Positions 1-10,037 are shown, counted from the stretch's first letter. The stretch is 64,000 bases of DNA from an uncultured delta proteobacterium (GCA_963778655.1 CAVZVA010000009.1:416001-480000), one strand, 5' to 3'. Made by a program: numbers and translations. The notes: generated by a model from the sequence alone, not told the origin.

Positions 1-2
1 GC

Positions 3-866
3 GAGATCTTCGGGGTGCTGGGTCCCAACGGCGCCGGCAAGTCGACCACCATACGCATGCTCTGCGGCATTCTCGATCCAAGCGGCGGGCGCGGGACCGT
101 GGTCGGCCACGACATCGCGCGCGAGGCCGAGCGCATCAAGCAGCGCATCGGCTACATGACGCAGCGTTTCAGCTTGTACGAGGACCTCACGGTCGAGGAG
201 AACTTGAAGTTCTACGGCGGCATCTACGGGCTGCCGCGTGCCGCGAAGAGATCGCGCATCGAGGTCGTGCTCGAGCAGAGTGGGTTGCTCCTGCGGCGCA
301 GGCAGCTGGCCGGAACGCTCTCCGGAGGCTGGAAGCAGCGCGTCGCGCTGGCCTGCGCGACCATCCACGAGCCGCCGCTGCTGTTCTTGGACGAGCCGAC
401 CGCCGGGGTCGACCCGGTGAGCAGGCGCGAGTTCTGGGACCGCATCCACACCATCGCCAGCGAGGGCACCACCGTGCTCGTCACCACCCACTACATGGAC
501 GAGGCCGAGCGCTGCCACCGGCTGGCCTTCATCTTTCGCGGCGAGCTGCTGGCGATCGGCACGCCCGACCAGGTGGTCGCAGCGCGCGGGCTGCGCGTGG
601 TCGAGCTCGAGGTCGAGCGCGAGCAGGAAACGGCCGTGGTGCTGCGCGGGCTCCCGGGGGTGGACGGCGTCAGCCACTACGGCGGGCGCCTGCGGGTCGC
701 CTTGCGCGGCGTGGCCGACCCGCAGGCCGCGGTGCGCGAGGCGCTCGGCGCGCGCGGGCTGGCGATCAAGAGCAGCAGCGAGGGGCGCCCCTCGGTCGAG
801 GACGCGTTCGTGTCGATGGTGCGCGAGGAGGATGCGCAACCCAGCGCGGGCACGGTGGCGGCGTGA
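3..866 (+). CDS. ABC transporter ATP-binding protein (ABC-2/YbhF-like), 5' end outside window
   Basis: Walker A GPNGAGKST, signature LSGGW, Walker B LLFLDEPT, H-loop TTHY; frame open from base 3 (EIFGVLG...). Confidence 0.95.
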   Translation, partial: EIFGVLGPNGAGKSTTIRMLCGILDPSGGRGTVVGHDIAREAERIKQRIGYMTQRFSLYEDLTVEENLKFYGGIYGLPRAAKRSRIEVVLEQSGLLLRRRQLAGTLSGGWKQRVALACATIHEPPLLFLDEPTAGVDPVSRREFWDRIHTIASEGTTVLVTTHYMDEAERCHRLAFIFRGELLAIGTPDQVVAARGLRVVELEVEREQETAVVLRGLPGVDGVSHYGGRLRVALRGVADPQAAVREALGARGLAIKSSSEGRPSVEDAFVSMVREEDAQPSAGTVAA

Positions 867-1987
867 GGCGCTTTCTGGCGGTGGCGTGGAAGGAGCTGCT
901 GCAGCTGCGGCGGGACCGCATGACCCTGGGCATGATGGTGGGCCTGCCGGTGATGCAGCTGCTGCTGTTCGGCTACGCCATCAACACCGACGTCCGGCAC
1001 ATCGAGACCGTGGTCTACGACCAGGACCAGAGCGCCGAGTCGCGCGACCTGCTGCGCAGGATGGAGGCCACCGGCTTCTACGATTTCGCGGGCGCGGTGC
1101 GCGACTACGCGGAGATCTCGCGCGCGCTGCGTTCGGGCCGGGCGCACGTGGCGCTGGTCGTGCCCACGCGCTTCGGCGAACGGCTGCGCGCCGGGCGCAG
1201 CGTCGAGGCGCAGCTGGTGGTCGACGGCTCGGACCCGCAGACCGTGGCCAGCGCGACCAATACCGCGGTGTCGCTGGTGACGGCGCGCTCGGTCGAGCTG
1301 CTGGCCGAACGGCTGGCGCGCGCCGGACAGCGCATTCCGCTGCAGCCGCTCTCGCTCGAGCCCACCACCTGGTACAACCCCGAGCTGAAGACCGCGATCT
1401 ACGTGGTGCCCGGCCTGGTCGGCGTGATCCTCACCATGACCATGGTCATGCTCACCTCGATGGCGATCGCGCGTGAGCGCGAGCGCGGCACGCTCGAGCA
1501 GCTGATCGTGTCGCCGGTCCGCCGGATCGAGCTGGTGATGGGCAAGATCGTGCCCTACACCGTCATCGGCTACGTGCAGATCACGCTGGTGTTGCTGATT
1601 GGACGCATCGTGTTCCAGGTGCCGATCGGCGGCTCGCTCGTGCTGCTCTACGCGCTGTCATCGGTGTTCATCGCCGCCAGCCTGGCGATCGGCCTGTTCT
1701 TTTCGACCATCGCCCAAACGCAGCAACAGGCGATGCAGATGTCGTTCTTCTTTCTGCTGCCGAACATCTTGCTCAGCGGCTTCATGTTTCCCTTCGAGGG
1801 TATGCCGGTGCCGGCGCAGTGGCTGTCGCAGGCGCTGCCGCTGACGCATTTCCTGCGCATCGTGCGCAGGATCACGCTCAAGGGCGCGGGCTTCCCCGAC
1901 GTGCGGCTGGAGCTGCTGTGGCTCTCCGGCATCCTGTGCGTGCTGGTGGTGCTGGCCTCGGCGCGCTTCAGCAAGAAGCTCGGGTGA
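863..1987 (+). CDS. ABC-2 transporter permease (YbhR/YbhS-like)
   Basis: KELLQLRRD N-terminus, VDGSDP, WYNP, RERERGTLEQL, multiple TM segments; GTGA overlap with upstream ATPase. Confidence 0.93.
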   Translation: MRRFLAVAWKELLQLRRDRMTLGMMVGLPVMQLLLFGYAINTDVRHIETVVYDQDQSAESRDLLRRMEATGFYDFAGAVRDYAEISRALRSGRAHVALVVPTRFGERLRAGRSVEAQLVVDGSDPQTVASATNTAVSLVTARSVELLAERLARAGQRIPLQPLSLEPTTWYNPELKTAIYVVPGLVGVILTMTMVMLTSMAIARERERGTLEQLIVSPVRRIELVMGKIVPYTVIGYVQITLVLLIGRIVFQVPIGGSLVLLYALSSVFIAASLAIGLFFSTIAQTQQQAMQMSFFFLLPNILLSGFMFPFEGMPVPAQWLSQALPLTHFLRIVRRITLKGAGFPDVRLELLWLSGILCVLVVLASARFSKKLG

Positions 1988-1991
1988 AGCG

Positions 1992-2627
1992 ATGGCGCGT
2001 CCTGCCAGCGACATCCGCCTGCGCGTGCTCGAAGCCGCCCGCCGCCGCTTTCTCTCGCAGGGCGTCGACGGGGCCACCCTGCGCAGCATCGCGCGCGACG
2101 CCGGCACCAACATCGGCATGGTGTACTACTACTTCAACAGCAAGGAGGAGCTGTTCTCGGCGGTGGTCGAGGAGGTGTACGCCGGGCTGCTGGCCGACTT
2201 CGCCGCTGCGCTCGGCGCGCAGCTTCCGCCCGAGCAGCGCGTGGGCAAGCTGTTCGAGCGTCTGGCGCGGCTGGACGAGCACGAGTTCGACGTGGTGCGC
2301 CTGGTGCTGCGCGAGGCGCTGGTGTCCTCGCAGCGGCTGCAGCGCGTTGCCGCACGGGTCGAGCAGGGCCACGTGCCGATCGTGATGCAGACGCTGGCCG
2401 AGGGCGTGGCCAGCGGGCGCTTCGACGCCCAGCTGCCGCCGGTGGTGTTGGCGGCGGCGGTGTTCTCGCTGGCGGCGTTGCCGCAGATCCTGCACCGCCT
2501 GGTCACCGCGGCCGAGCTGCCGGTCGCGGCCATGCTGCCGAGCCGCGAACAGGCCGCGCAGGCGTTGCACCAGGTGCTGTTGTTCGGCATCGCGGGCGCG
2601 GCCCTGCGCGGCGAGAAGTCGGGCTGA
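1992..2627 (+). CDS. TetR/AcrR family transcriptional regulator
   Basis: N-terminal HTH: ATLRSIARDAGTNIGMVYYYFNSKEELF. Confidence 0.92.
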   Translation: MARPASDIRLRVLEAARRRFLSQGVDGATLRSIARDAGTNIGMVYYYFNSKEELFSAVVEEVYAGLLADFAAALGAQLPPEQRVGKLFERLARLDEHEFDVVRLVLREALVSSQRLQRVAARVEQGHVPIVMQTLAEGVASGRFDAQLPPVVLAAAVFSLAALPQILHRLVTAAELPVAAMLPSREQAAQALHQVLLFGIAGAALRGEKSG

Positions 2628-2671
2628 GCGGCGCGCGCGACCGGCGGGTCGCGAGCGTGTACCATGCCGGC

Positions 2672-3487
2672 ATGAGTTACCTCGCCCTGACACGGAGCGG
2701 GCACGTCGCCACGTGCGTGCTCTCGAACCCGCCGAGCCACACCCTGACCGCGGCGGGCGTGGCCGAGCTCGCCACGCTGCTCGACACGCTGGAGCAGGAT
2801 CGCAGCCTGCGCGTGCTGGTGCTCACCGGCGGCGGCGAAGGGGTGTTCGTCCGCCATTACGAGGTGGGCGAGCTGGCGGACGCCGCCGAGCGACAGAGCA
2901 CGCAAGCGCCGGCTTCGGCCCCTGCCGAGCCCGCGGCCGAGCTGCGCTTGCACCCCTTGCACCGGGTGTTGCTGCGCCTCGAGCGCTTGCCCGCGATTAC
3001 GATCGCCGCGCTCAACGGCAGCGCGGCAGGCGGCGGCTGCGAGCTGGCGCTGGCCTGCGACTTTCGCCTGATGGCGGAGGGGAGCTATCACTTCGGCCTG
3101 CCCGAGACCTGGGTCGGCATCATCCCGGGCGCCGGCGGCACGCAGCGCATGACCCGCCTGCTGGGCAGCGCGCGCACGCTCGATCTGATCCTGCACGGCA
3201 GCTTGCTGCCGCCGCAGCAGGCCCTCGCGCTCGGGTTGGTGCACCGCGTGCTCGCGGTCGAGGGCTTCGCCGGTGAGGTGCAGCGCTTCGCGGACAATCT
3301 GGCCGGGCGCGCGCCGCTGGCGCTGGCAGCGGCCAAGCAGGCGATCCGAGAGGGCGCGTCGCTTCCGCTGGAGCAGGCGCTGGCGCTGGAGCAGCGCTGC
3401 TTCGAGCGCGTGATGGCGTCCAAGGACGCTGCGGGCGCGATGCGCGCGATGCTCAAGGGCGCGCGCTATGAGTGGAAGGGGGAATAG
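2672..3487 (+). CDS. Enoyl-CoA hydratase/isomerase family protein
   Basis: AALNGSAAGGGCELALACDFR and FGLPETWVGIIPGAGGTQR crotonase motifs; start placed at ATG 2672. Confidence 0.93.
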   Translation: MSYLALTRSGHVATCVLSNPPSHTLTAAGVAELATLLDTLEQDRSLRVLVLTGGGEGVFVRHYEVGELADAAERQSTQAPASAPAEPAAELRLHPLHRVLLRLERLPAITIAALNGSAAGGGCELALACDFRLMAEGSYHFGLPETWVGIIPGAGGTQRMTRLLGSARTLDLILHGSLLPPQQALALGLVHRVLAVEGFAGEVQRFADNLAGRAPLALAAAKQAIREGASLPLEQALALEQRCFERVMASKDAAGAMRAMLKGARYEWKGE

Positions 3488-3600
3488 TGCCGCGTCGCCC
3501 GGCAGGGCGCGGTCGACCGCATCCCAGGAAGGCGGGAAGAAATCGGTTTGCGCGCACGGCAGGTTGCACGCGCTGTGCGGGGGCGGTATGTGCGGCGCGC

Positions 3601-4215
3601 ATGGGTGCTCGGGTCTGGCTGGCGTGCGCGGTCCTGGCTCTGACGGCAGGCGCTTGCAGCGCTCACGGCGCGGTCCAGGCCGCGGGCACCGGCGGCGGGG
3701 CTACGGCTTCGGGTGCTTCATGCGCGGGCGAGAGCGACTGCGACGGCGGAGCGGGAGGCGACGCGAGCAGCGAGATCTGCACCGCGAGCGGGGATTGCGA
3801 GCAGGCGATTCCGGTGCGCAGCGCCAACCACGTCAACGGCGCGATCGCGTATCCCGATCCGCCGCCGGCCGGTGGCGACCACAACCCGTGCTGGGGCGCG
3901 TGGGGCGTGCACGACCAGCCGCTGGGCGCCGAGCATTGGGTACACAACCTGGAGCACGGCGGCGTGGTGTTCCTGTATCACTGCGAAGGCGGCTGCGACG
4001 CGGAGGTGCAGCAGCTCGACACCTTCGTCAGCGCGCACCGGCTGACCGTGCTCACCGAGTACGCGGCGCTGCCGGCGCGCTTCGGCGTGGTCGCATGGGG
4101 CTATCGACTGCTGACCGATGCCCTCGATCTGCGCGCCTTCACCGCCTTCTACGAAGCTCACGTGGACCACGCCCCCGAATCGATCGACAGCCCCCCGCCC
4201 GCGGGCTGCCCCTAA
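3601..4215 (+). CDS. DUF3105 domain lipoprotein
   Basis: Lipobox-like LALTAGAC; H...Y..PPP.GG.H...WG...VHNLEHGGV pattern typical of DUF3105. Confidence 0.8.
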   Translation: MGARVWLACAVLALTAGACSAHGAVQAAGTGGGATASGASCAGESDCDGGAGGDASSEICTASGDCEQAIPVRSANHVNGAIAYPDPPPAGGDHNPCWGAWGVHDQPLGAEHWVHNLEHGGVVFLYHCEGGCDAEVQQLDTFVSAHRLTVLTEYAALPARFGVVAWGYRLLTDALDLRAFTAFYEAHVDHAPESIDSPPPAGCP

Positions 4216-4273
4216 CGGGAAGGCGGCAAGGACAACGCGTATCTGGGCTTCCCGTCTTCGTGTCTTTCCTGTG
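4216..4273. repeat. REP-like intergenic palindromic repeat between convergent genes
   Basis: CGGGAAGGCGGCAAG...CTTCCCGTCTT...TTCCTGTG; same motif family at 3525, 27729, 49868, 51725. Confidence 0.6.
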
Positions 4274-4277
4274 GATC

Positions 4278-6857
4278 TCAATGCGCGTCCGCCGGCGCCG
4301 CCGCCCGCCCCGGAATGAGCCAGATCGGGTTGCTGAAGGCGAATGGACGCACCCCGGGGCGCGCCACCACCTCGTCCAGCGGCCGCTCGCCGTCGACCGC
4401 GATCACCAGCGGCGCCGGGTGGCTGAGCGAGAGTCGCAGCGTCTGCTGGTAGCGGCGCGCGGGCCCTTCCGAGCTGGGCGCTGCCGAGGCCTCGAGCGGC
4501 GCCTGGTAGACCAGCTGATCGCCGAGATACGCACGCAGAGATGACAACAGCATCCAGGGCGCGGTCTGCACCCGCACTTGCACCTCCGCCTCGACGCCGG
4601 CCAGCGGCACGGTCTCGCCCGGACCACGGCCGTCGACCCGTACGCTCAGGAACGGGCCGCTGGTCACGAATGCGCGCCCTTGTTTGAGCGAGCGCACCAG
4701 CCCGAGTGGGCTGCGCACGCCCGCGAGCGGCGCGCGCACGTAGGTACGGGGATAGCCCGCCGCCTGCGAGCGGATGGTGTGCGAGTCGCTGCTGCCGGTG
4801 GCCACCACGTGGCGGCCGCGCGCCAGCATCGCCAGCCACTCCTGGAAGACGCGATCGACGTTCTTTCGCCGCGCCAGGTCGAAGCCGTTCCACACCTCGA
4901 GCGTGTCGTAGTCGTCGCTGTAGCTGGCGTCGCCGCGGCCTTTGGCGGCATCGTAGTGGGTGAGCTCGAAGTAGCCGATGCCGTTGGGCAGGCGCGGGTG
5001 GTTCACCTGCACGACCAGGTCGGGGCTGACCGCGTGCAGCGCGGCGAACAGGGTCGCCGGCTGCTGGCCGATGAAGTCGGGCGCGCCGTTCTCCGGGCGG
5101 TCGTGATCGATCGGGTAGGGGAAGGCGTTGAAGTGCCCGATGTTGGGCCGCGCGGTGGTGACCTCGACCCCCGGCAGGCTGTACAGCCCCTGCAGCGGTT
5201 GCGCCTGCACCGCCTGGCTGTAGTCGGTGACGTGGTTGTGGTCGGTGGCCACCGCCATCGCGATGCCCTCGGCCACCAGCGAGGCCACGCGATCGGGCAG
5301 CGAGACCTGGCTGTCGTGGCTGGGCGCGGCGTGCACGTGCAGCTCGCAGGGGATCCACGGCCCCGGATCCACCACGTGGTCGAGCTGGGCGTGCACGCGC
5401 ACGGTTGCGCCCACCTCCAGCGCGACCTGCTGGTCGTGCAGCGTCCACTCCGGGCCGTGGGTCACGATCACGCGGTAGAAGCCCGCGGGCAGTGAGATCG
5501 CGGCACGGCCGGTGGACGCGATCACAGTGTCGATCGCGCCGCGCGCGGCCCAGTCGGGACCCAGGTTCGGGCTCGCGCTGCCCTCCCGCGGCAGCACGCG
5601 GATGCGCACCGGGATCGGCTCGGAGGTGGCCGCCTGGACCGCGTCCACGTCGAGCCGCGCGCCCTCGGGAATGCGCAGCGACAGCGGCGCGTACGGCGGG
5701 CCCACGAGCGGCACGCGCGCGCTGGCCTCGCGGCCGTGGGCCAGCGCCAGCGCCACCAGGTGCAGCGAGCGCGCCTCGTCGGGCAGCGGTAGGATGACGC
5801 GCCGTCGATCGTCGGGATTGCCGGTCGAGATCAGGTTGCCCGTCTGCGCATCGAGCAGCCGCACCTCGGCGCCGGGAGGATCGGCGTCGAGCATCACCAC
5901 CGCCTCGGCGAAGGGCCGGCCGCGCGCCCAGCCGAGCCGCCGCACCGCGTCGCCGAGGCCCGCGGTCGAGACGCTCAGCAGGGCCTCCGCATCGAAGCGC
6001 CCGCCGCTGCCCGCGCGCGTGGGCAGCCACAGGTCGGTGAAGCGCAGCACGTCTGCGCGGCCGTGCTCGATCTCCTCGCCGACGACGCGCAGGGCGCCGC
6101 TGCGCGCGCCGATCGCGGCCGCATCGCGTCCCGAGCTGCGTCCGACCCACGGCACGCGCACCCCGCTCGCATGCAGCAGGGGGCCCTGCAGCGGCACCAC
6201 CGGCGTGCCGCCGCCCCAGCGCACGCGCTCGACCACCGCCAGATCCTGAGGTGGTGCACCGGCGGTGACCTGCACGTGGGTGGCGATACGCAGCACGCTG
6301 CCGACGTCGGCCAGTTGCAGCACGCGCTCCACGCGCATGTGCACCCCCGGCGCGCCGGCCTCCCCTTCGATCACGATCGCGGGGCGCTTGGCGGAAAGGC
6401 GTGGCGCTACCCGCTCGACCGCCACGCCGTGAGCCTCGCCGTCCCACGCCAGCAAGGGCAGCAGCGACTCCCACTCGTGCGCGAAGCCCGCCTGGCGCAG
6501 CGCGATCAGCGCGCCCAGCCGGTGCGCGCGGCCGCTGGCCGCGACCTCGACCGCGAGCCGGGCTCCCTGCAGCACGACATCGCCCGGAATCGCGGCGCTC
6601 AGGCGCGGGTCGTGCTTGCGCACTACGAACGCGCGCACCCCGCCTGCCGCCAAGGACGCCGGCCCGGCCGCGCTCGCAGGCCGGCGCTGTGCCGAACCGA
6701 AGCAGCCGAGCAGGATCAGCGCCAGCGCGCCGCATCCCGCTCGCCGTGTGCCTCTGCTCGTCACGACGCGTGCGACGGCGCGGGCTCGGCGACGGCGACC
6801 ACGGCGCACCGGATGCTGGCTCGTGCTCGCGGTCCCATGACGGGTGCAACACAGCAC
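4278..6857 (-). CDS. Secreted PHP-fold metallohydrolase (CehA/McbA-like); start uncertain
   Basis: ELHVH, ATDHN, GVEVT...GHFN, VNHPR, TGSSDSH metal-ligand motifs; hydrophobic N-terminal segment. Confidence 0.82.
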   Translation of the reverse strand: MLCCTRHGTASTSQHPVRRGRRRRARAVARVVTSRGTRRAGCGALALILLGCFGSAQRRPASAAGPASLAAGGVRAFVVRKHDPRLSAAIPGDVVLQGARLAVEVAASGRAHRLGALIALRQAGFAHEWESLLPLLAWDGEAHGVAVERVAPRLSAKRPAIVIEGEAGAPGVHMRVERVLQLADVGSVLRIATHVQVTAGAPPQDLAVVERVRWGGGTPVVPLQGPLLHASGVRVPWVGRSSGRDAAAIGARSGALRVVGEEIEHGRADVLRFTDLWLPTRAGSGGRFDAEALLSVSTAGLGDAVRRLGWARGRPFAEAVVMLDADPPGAEVRLLDAQTGNLISTGNPDDRRRVILPLPDEARSLHLVALALAHGREASARVPLVGPPYAPLSLRIPEGARLDVDAVQAATSEPIPVRIRVLPREGSASPNLGPDWAARGAIDTVIASTGRAAISLPAGFYRVIVTHGPEWTLHDQQVALEVGATVRVHAQLDHVVDPGPWIPCELHVHAAPSHDSQVSLPDRVASLVAEGIAMAVATDHNHVTDYSQAVQAQPLQGLYSLPGVEVTTARPNIGHFNAFPYPIDHDRPENGAPDFIGQQPATLFAALHAVSPDLVVQVNHPRLPNGIGYFELTHYDAAKGRGDASYSDDYDTLEVWNGFDLARRKNVDRVFQEWLAMLARGRHVVATGSSDSHTIRSQAAGYPRTYVRAPLAGVRSPLGLVRSLKQGRAFVTSGPFLSVRVDGRGPGETVPLAGVEAEVQVRVQTAPWMLLSSLRAYLGDQLVYQAPLEASAAPSSEGPARRYQQTLRLSLSHPAPLVIAVDGERPLDEVVARPGVRPFAFSNPIWLIPGRAAAPADAH

Positions 6858-6948
6858 GGCCCCGGCCCACGAGCAAGCCGGCCGGTGCGGCCTCGCTTGC
6901 GACTCGGGAGGCGGGCCACGTAGGCTTGGCGCTCAGTCGGAGGTCGCC

Positions 6949-7623
6949 ATGCCCGAGATCGGCCTGTACGAAGCGATGCGAACCACCCGTGCTGTGCGAC
7001 GGCTGCGGCCCGATCCGATTCCGGACCCCGTGCTGCGCAGGGTGCTGGAGGCCGCGACCTGGGCGCCGAGCGGCGGCAACCGCCAGCCGTGGCGCCTGCT
7101 GGTGGTGCGCGATCCCGGGCTCAAACAGGAGCTCGGGCGGCGCTATCAGACGGTATGGGCCGGCTACTCGCGCGGTAGCCGCGCGGCGCTGAATGCGGCG
7201 GCCTCGCCGCCGGCGGCCTCGCGCAGCCGCTCGGAGCGTGCGCTCGCCGCGGGTGACTACCTGGCGGCGCACCTGCACGAGGTGCCGGCGATCGCGGTGC
7301 TGTGCTTCGATCCGCGCGGCCTGGCCATCACCGACCGCGAGCTCGAGCGGCCTTCGGTGGTGGGCGGCGGCTCGCTGTATCCCGCGGTGCAGAACCTGCT
7401 GCTCGCGTGCCGTGCCGAAGGGCTCGGCTGCGTGCTCACCACACTGCTATGCGCGCAGGAGCCGGAGCTGCGGCCCCTGTTCGGGTTGCCCGAGCCATGG
7501 GGCCTGGCCGCGTTCGTGCCGATCGGCTATCCGGTCGGCCGCGGCCACGGCCCGCTGGCGCGCCGGCCGGTCGAGGAGATGGTATTCGCCGACCGCTGGG
7601 GCCAGCCGCTGTCGTTGGGCTAG
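6949..7623 (+). CDS. Nitroreductase family protein
   Basis: TRAVRR, WAPSGGNRQPW, QNLLLACRAEGLG, PIGYP; GGAGG RBS before ATG 6949. Confidence 0.92.
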   Translation: MPEIGLYEAMRTTRAVRRLRPDPIPDPVLRRVLEAATWAPSGGNRQPWRLLVVRDPGLKQELGRRYQTVWAGYSRGSRAALNAAASPPAASRSRSERALAAGDYLAAHLHEVPAIAVLCFDPRGLAITDRELERPSVVGGGSLYPAVQNLLLACRAEGLGCVLTTLLCAQEPELRPLFGLPEPWGLAAFVPIGYPVGRGHGPLARRPVEEMVFADRWGQPLSLG

Positions 7624-7626
7624 GGC

Positions 7627-9129
7627 TCAATGCGGGAACAGGCCGCCCGGGCCGCCGCCGCCCAGGCCGCCGCCGCAGGTGAAGCCGCCCTTGGGCCAGT
7701 ACATCACGAAGTTGAAACACATCTCGTCCTCGGTGTTTTGACCGAAGTAGACGTTGGTATCGGTGGTGTTGTCGTACGAGCAGGTGATCGCGAACTGGTC
7801 GCCGGTGTTCACCACCAGGTCGGGGGTGATGCCGTAGGCGCGCTGCTCGTTGAAGTCGAAGGGCATGTCGTGCACCACCACCTGCTCGCCCGTGGAGCGC
7901 GTCAGCAGCAGCTTGGCGTGCACGCCCAGCCGGTGCATGTGCGGGCTCTCGCCGATCAGATGGACCTCGCCCATGCTGGCCGAGACCATGCAGTTGGTGG
8001 TGTTGTCGACCATCTGGTGCGCCGGCGCGGTGGCGTCTCCTATGATCCCGTAGGTGGTCGCGGTGTGCGGCCGCATCTTGCTCGGATCGCTGATCACGCA
8101 GAACTCCACGCCGCTCGCGTCCGTCTCGGTCTGCATCCCGCCCAGGTTGTTGTAGTGCACGTCGAGCCGCAGCGACGCGCCCGCGCCGTTCGGCAGGTAG
8201 ATGCCGACGTCCGAAGGAACCGAGCCCGAGGTGTTGCCCGGCGCCCAGCCGGCCAGGAACGCGCCGTCCCCGCCGTACAGGATCCAGTGGTGCAGCACCT
8301 TGCCGTTGTCGACCACGGGCTTGTATGCCACGCCCTGCACCTCGGTGGTCCAGGGCACGGGGAAGTTGAACGAGGGGTGCTGCTCGGTGCCGGCCGGGAT
8401 CGAGTACTTGCCCGTGCCACCCGTGCCGCTCGCCAGAAAGGTGTAGTGCGCCTCGCAGTCCGCGGGCCACTCCGCCGAGTTGGGATTGCCCGGATCGGTC
8501 GTGGGGTCCATGGTGGAGCCACCCGCGCCCGCGGCGCCGGTGCTGCCGCCGGCCGGCGTCTGCATGCCGCCGGCGCCCGCGGCGCCGGTGCCTCCACTGC
8601 CGGCGCAGGTCGGGTCGGCCCCGGGCAGCGCGCCGGCATCGATCCAGCTGTCGAGCGCCGCGAGCTGCGGGGCGGTGAGCGCCGCGAAGCCCGACGGAGG
8701 CATCGGCTTCTGTGCGTCGTGGATGCGGACCCGCACCAGCTGGTAGACCTTCTTGGTGTTGTCCGAGACCGCGGGCGCGATCATGTCCTTATAGGTGACC
8801 ATCGACATCGGCGCGCCGAACATGCGCTGGCTGCCGTGACACTGCTGGCAAGGGTTGCGCAGCACGGCCAGGGCATCGCACCACGAGCCGGCGCCGGACG
8901 TAGTCGGGCTACCGGTCGCGGCGGGCGCGGCCGTGGCAGGGCTCGGCGTGGTGGCCAGCCCGGCGGACGGCGTGCCGACCGTGGCGCTCGCAGGCCCAGC
9001 CACGCTGGCCCCTGCGTTCGGGCTAGTCGCATCCGAGCTGCCGCAAGCGACAGCCGTGAGCGCGATCAACGATAGACCCAGTAAGCGCCCGCACACTCGC
9101 GGCGCGCGCCAGCCACCTCGGTTGACCAT
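7627..9129 (-). CDS. Lipoprotein: c-type cytochrome domain fused to copper type II (PHM/DBH-like) monooxygenase
   Basis: Lipobox LTAVAC; CQQCH and PMPP; Cu motifs LHHWIL, DVHYNN, PHMH, EDEMC. Confidence 0.85.
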   Translation of the reverse strand: MVNRGGWRAPRVCGRLLGLSLIALTAVACGSSDATSPNAGASVAGPASATVGTPSAGLATTPSPATAAPAATGSPTTSGAGSWCDALAVLRNPCQQCHGSQRMFGAPMSMVTYKDMIAPAVSDNTKKVYQLVRVRIHDAQKPMPPSGFAALTAPQLAALDSWIDAGALPGADPTCAGSGGTGAAGAGGMQTPAGGSTGAAGAGGSTMDPTTDPGNPNSAEWPADCEAHYTFLASGTGGTGKYSIPAGTEQHPSFNFPVPWTTEVQGVAYKPVVDNGKVLHHWILYGGDGAFLAGWAPGNTSGSVPSDVGIYLPNGAGASLRLDVHYNNLGGMQTETDASGVEFCVISDPSKMRPHTATTYGIIGDATAPAHQMVDNTTNCMVSASMGEVHLIGESPHMHRLGVHAKLLLTRSTGEQVVVHDMPFDFNEQRAYGITPDLVVNTGDQFAITCSYDNTTDTNVYFGQNTEDEMCFNFVMYWPKGGFTCGGGLGGGGPGGLFPH

Positions 9130-9301
9130 GACCTTCCACTCCTACCCAAGCCCGCCACCGATAGTACTAGCGGTGCGCAACGCGACAAGTCACTCGGGTT
9201 CGAAATCGACCGCCGGAAGATCTTTTCCAACGCGCAGAAGTCTACGTATTCACTCTACTTTTAGGGGGAACCCCGGCGTGCCCCGAGGCCCTCGAAACGG
9301 C

Positions 9302-9871
9302 TCACCGCGTGATCTCGATGCTTGCGGATAGCGCCTGCTGCACCGGAAAAAGGCAGCTGCCGCGGGTGCACGCTTGGTAATGCAGCACACCACAAACCTG
9401 GCGCGGGCCGGGGGCGGCATCCTTGGCCACGGAGAAGGGCACCCGCACCCTGATCTCGGCTTCGAACGTGGCGATGTCCTCGCCTCCGAGGCGGAAGCGC
9501 TGCGGCGCGGGGTAGCGAGGCGACTCGAACGCCAGTCCGGGCTGGGGCTCGAACGCGACCTGGGTTGCGATGTAGAGCGGGTTGCTCGGCCAATCGGACA
9601 TCACGTGGTAGCCGGGGGCGATCCGCAACCGCAGCTCGAGCTCGCCGCGCTCGCCTGGCGCGGCCGTGACCTTTTGCGCCACCTCACTGTGCACGACCCG
9701 CTCCGGCGCCAGCAGCGGGGGCTTGCCTGAGGTGCCCGCGGCCGCGGGCGTCGTGGCGGTATGGGCGCAGCCGGCCAGCACAGAGCACGCGAGCAGGCCG
9801 GGCATCACGGGGCGCCCTGCACGAGCACGAGGTCGGCCCCGCCGCGGAGCGGGCGGCGCGGGCGCGGGCAT
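9302..9871 (-). CDS. Stand-alone DsbD N-terminal (Ig-like) domain lipoprotein; start may be 9805
   Basis: LRIAPGYHV, YQACTRGSCLFP (Cys pair); lipobox VLAGC. Confidence 0.75.
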   Translation of the reverse strand: MPAPAPPAPRRGRPRARAGRPVMPGLLACSVLAGCAHTATTPAAAGTSGKPPLLAPERVVHSEVAQKVTAAPGERGELELRLRIAPGYHVMSDWPSNPLYIATQVAFEPQPGLAFESPRYPAPQRFRLGGEDIATFEAEIRVRVPFSVAKDAAPGPRQVCGVLHYQACTRGSCLFPVQQALSASIEITR

Positions 9872-10037
9872 GAAGCTACAAGCCATCGGTTCGGAGGAGC
9901 GGAACGGATCGACGAGTCGCTGTACTACCACGCCTGCCCGACGGGCTTTCGAGCCAAGGGAACAAGTGCGCGAAACCACGTGTTTATCAGCCGGTGTCCG
10001 GAGCGCGGCGCGGAGCGCCGCCTGCTCCCGCGGGGCT

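Noticed and set aside
3718..7278. 1186-aa minus-strand ORF
   Set aside because: Arg/Ala/Gly-rich alternative frame overlapping three well-supported genes; typical high-GC shadow ORF
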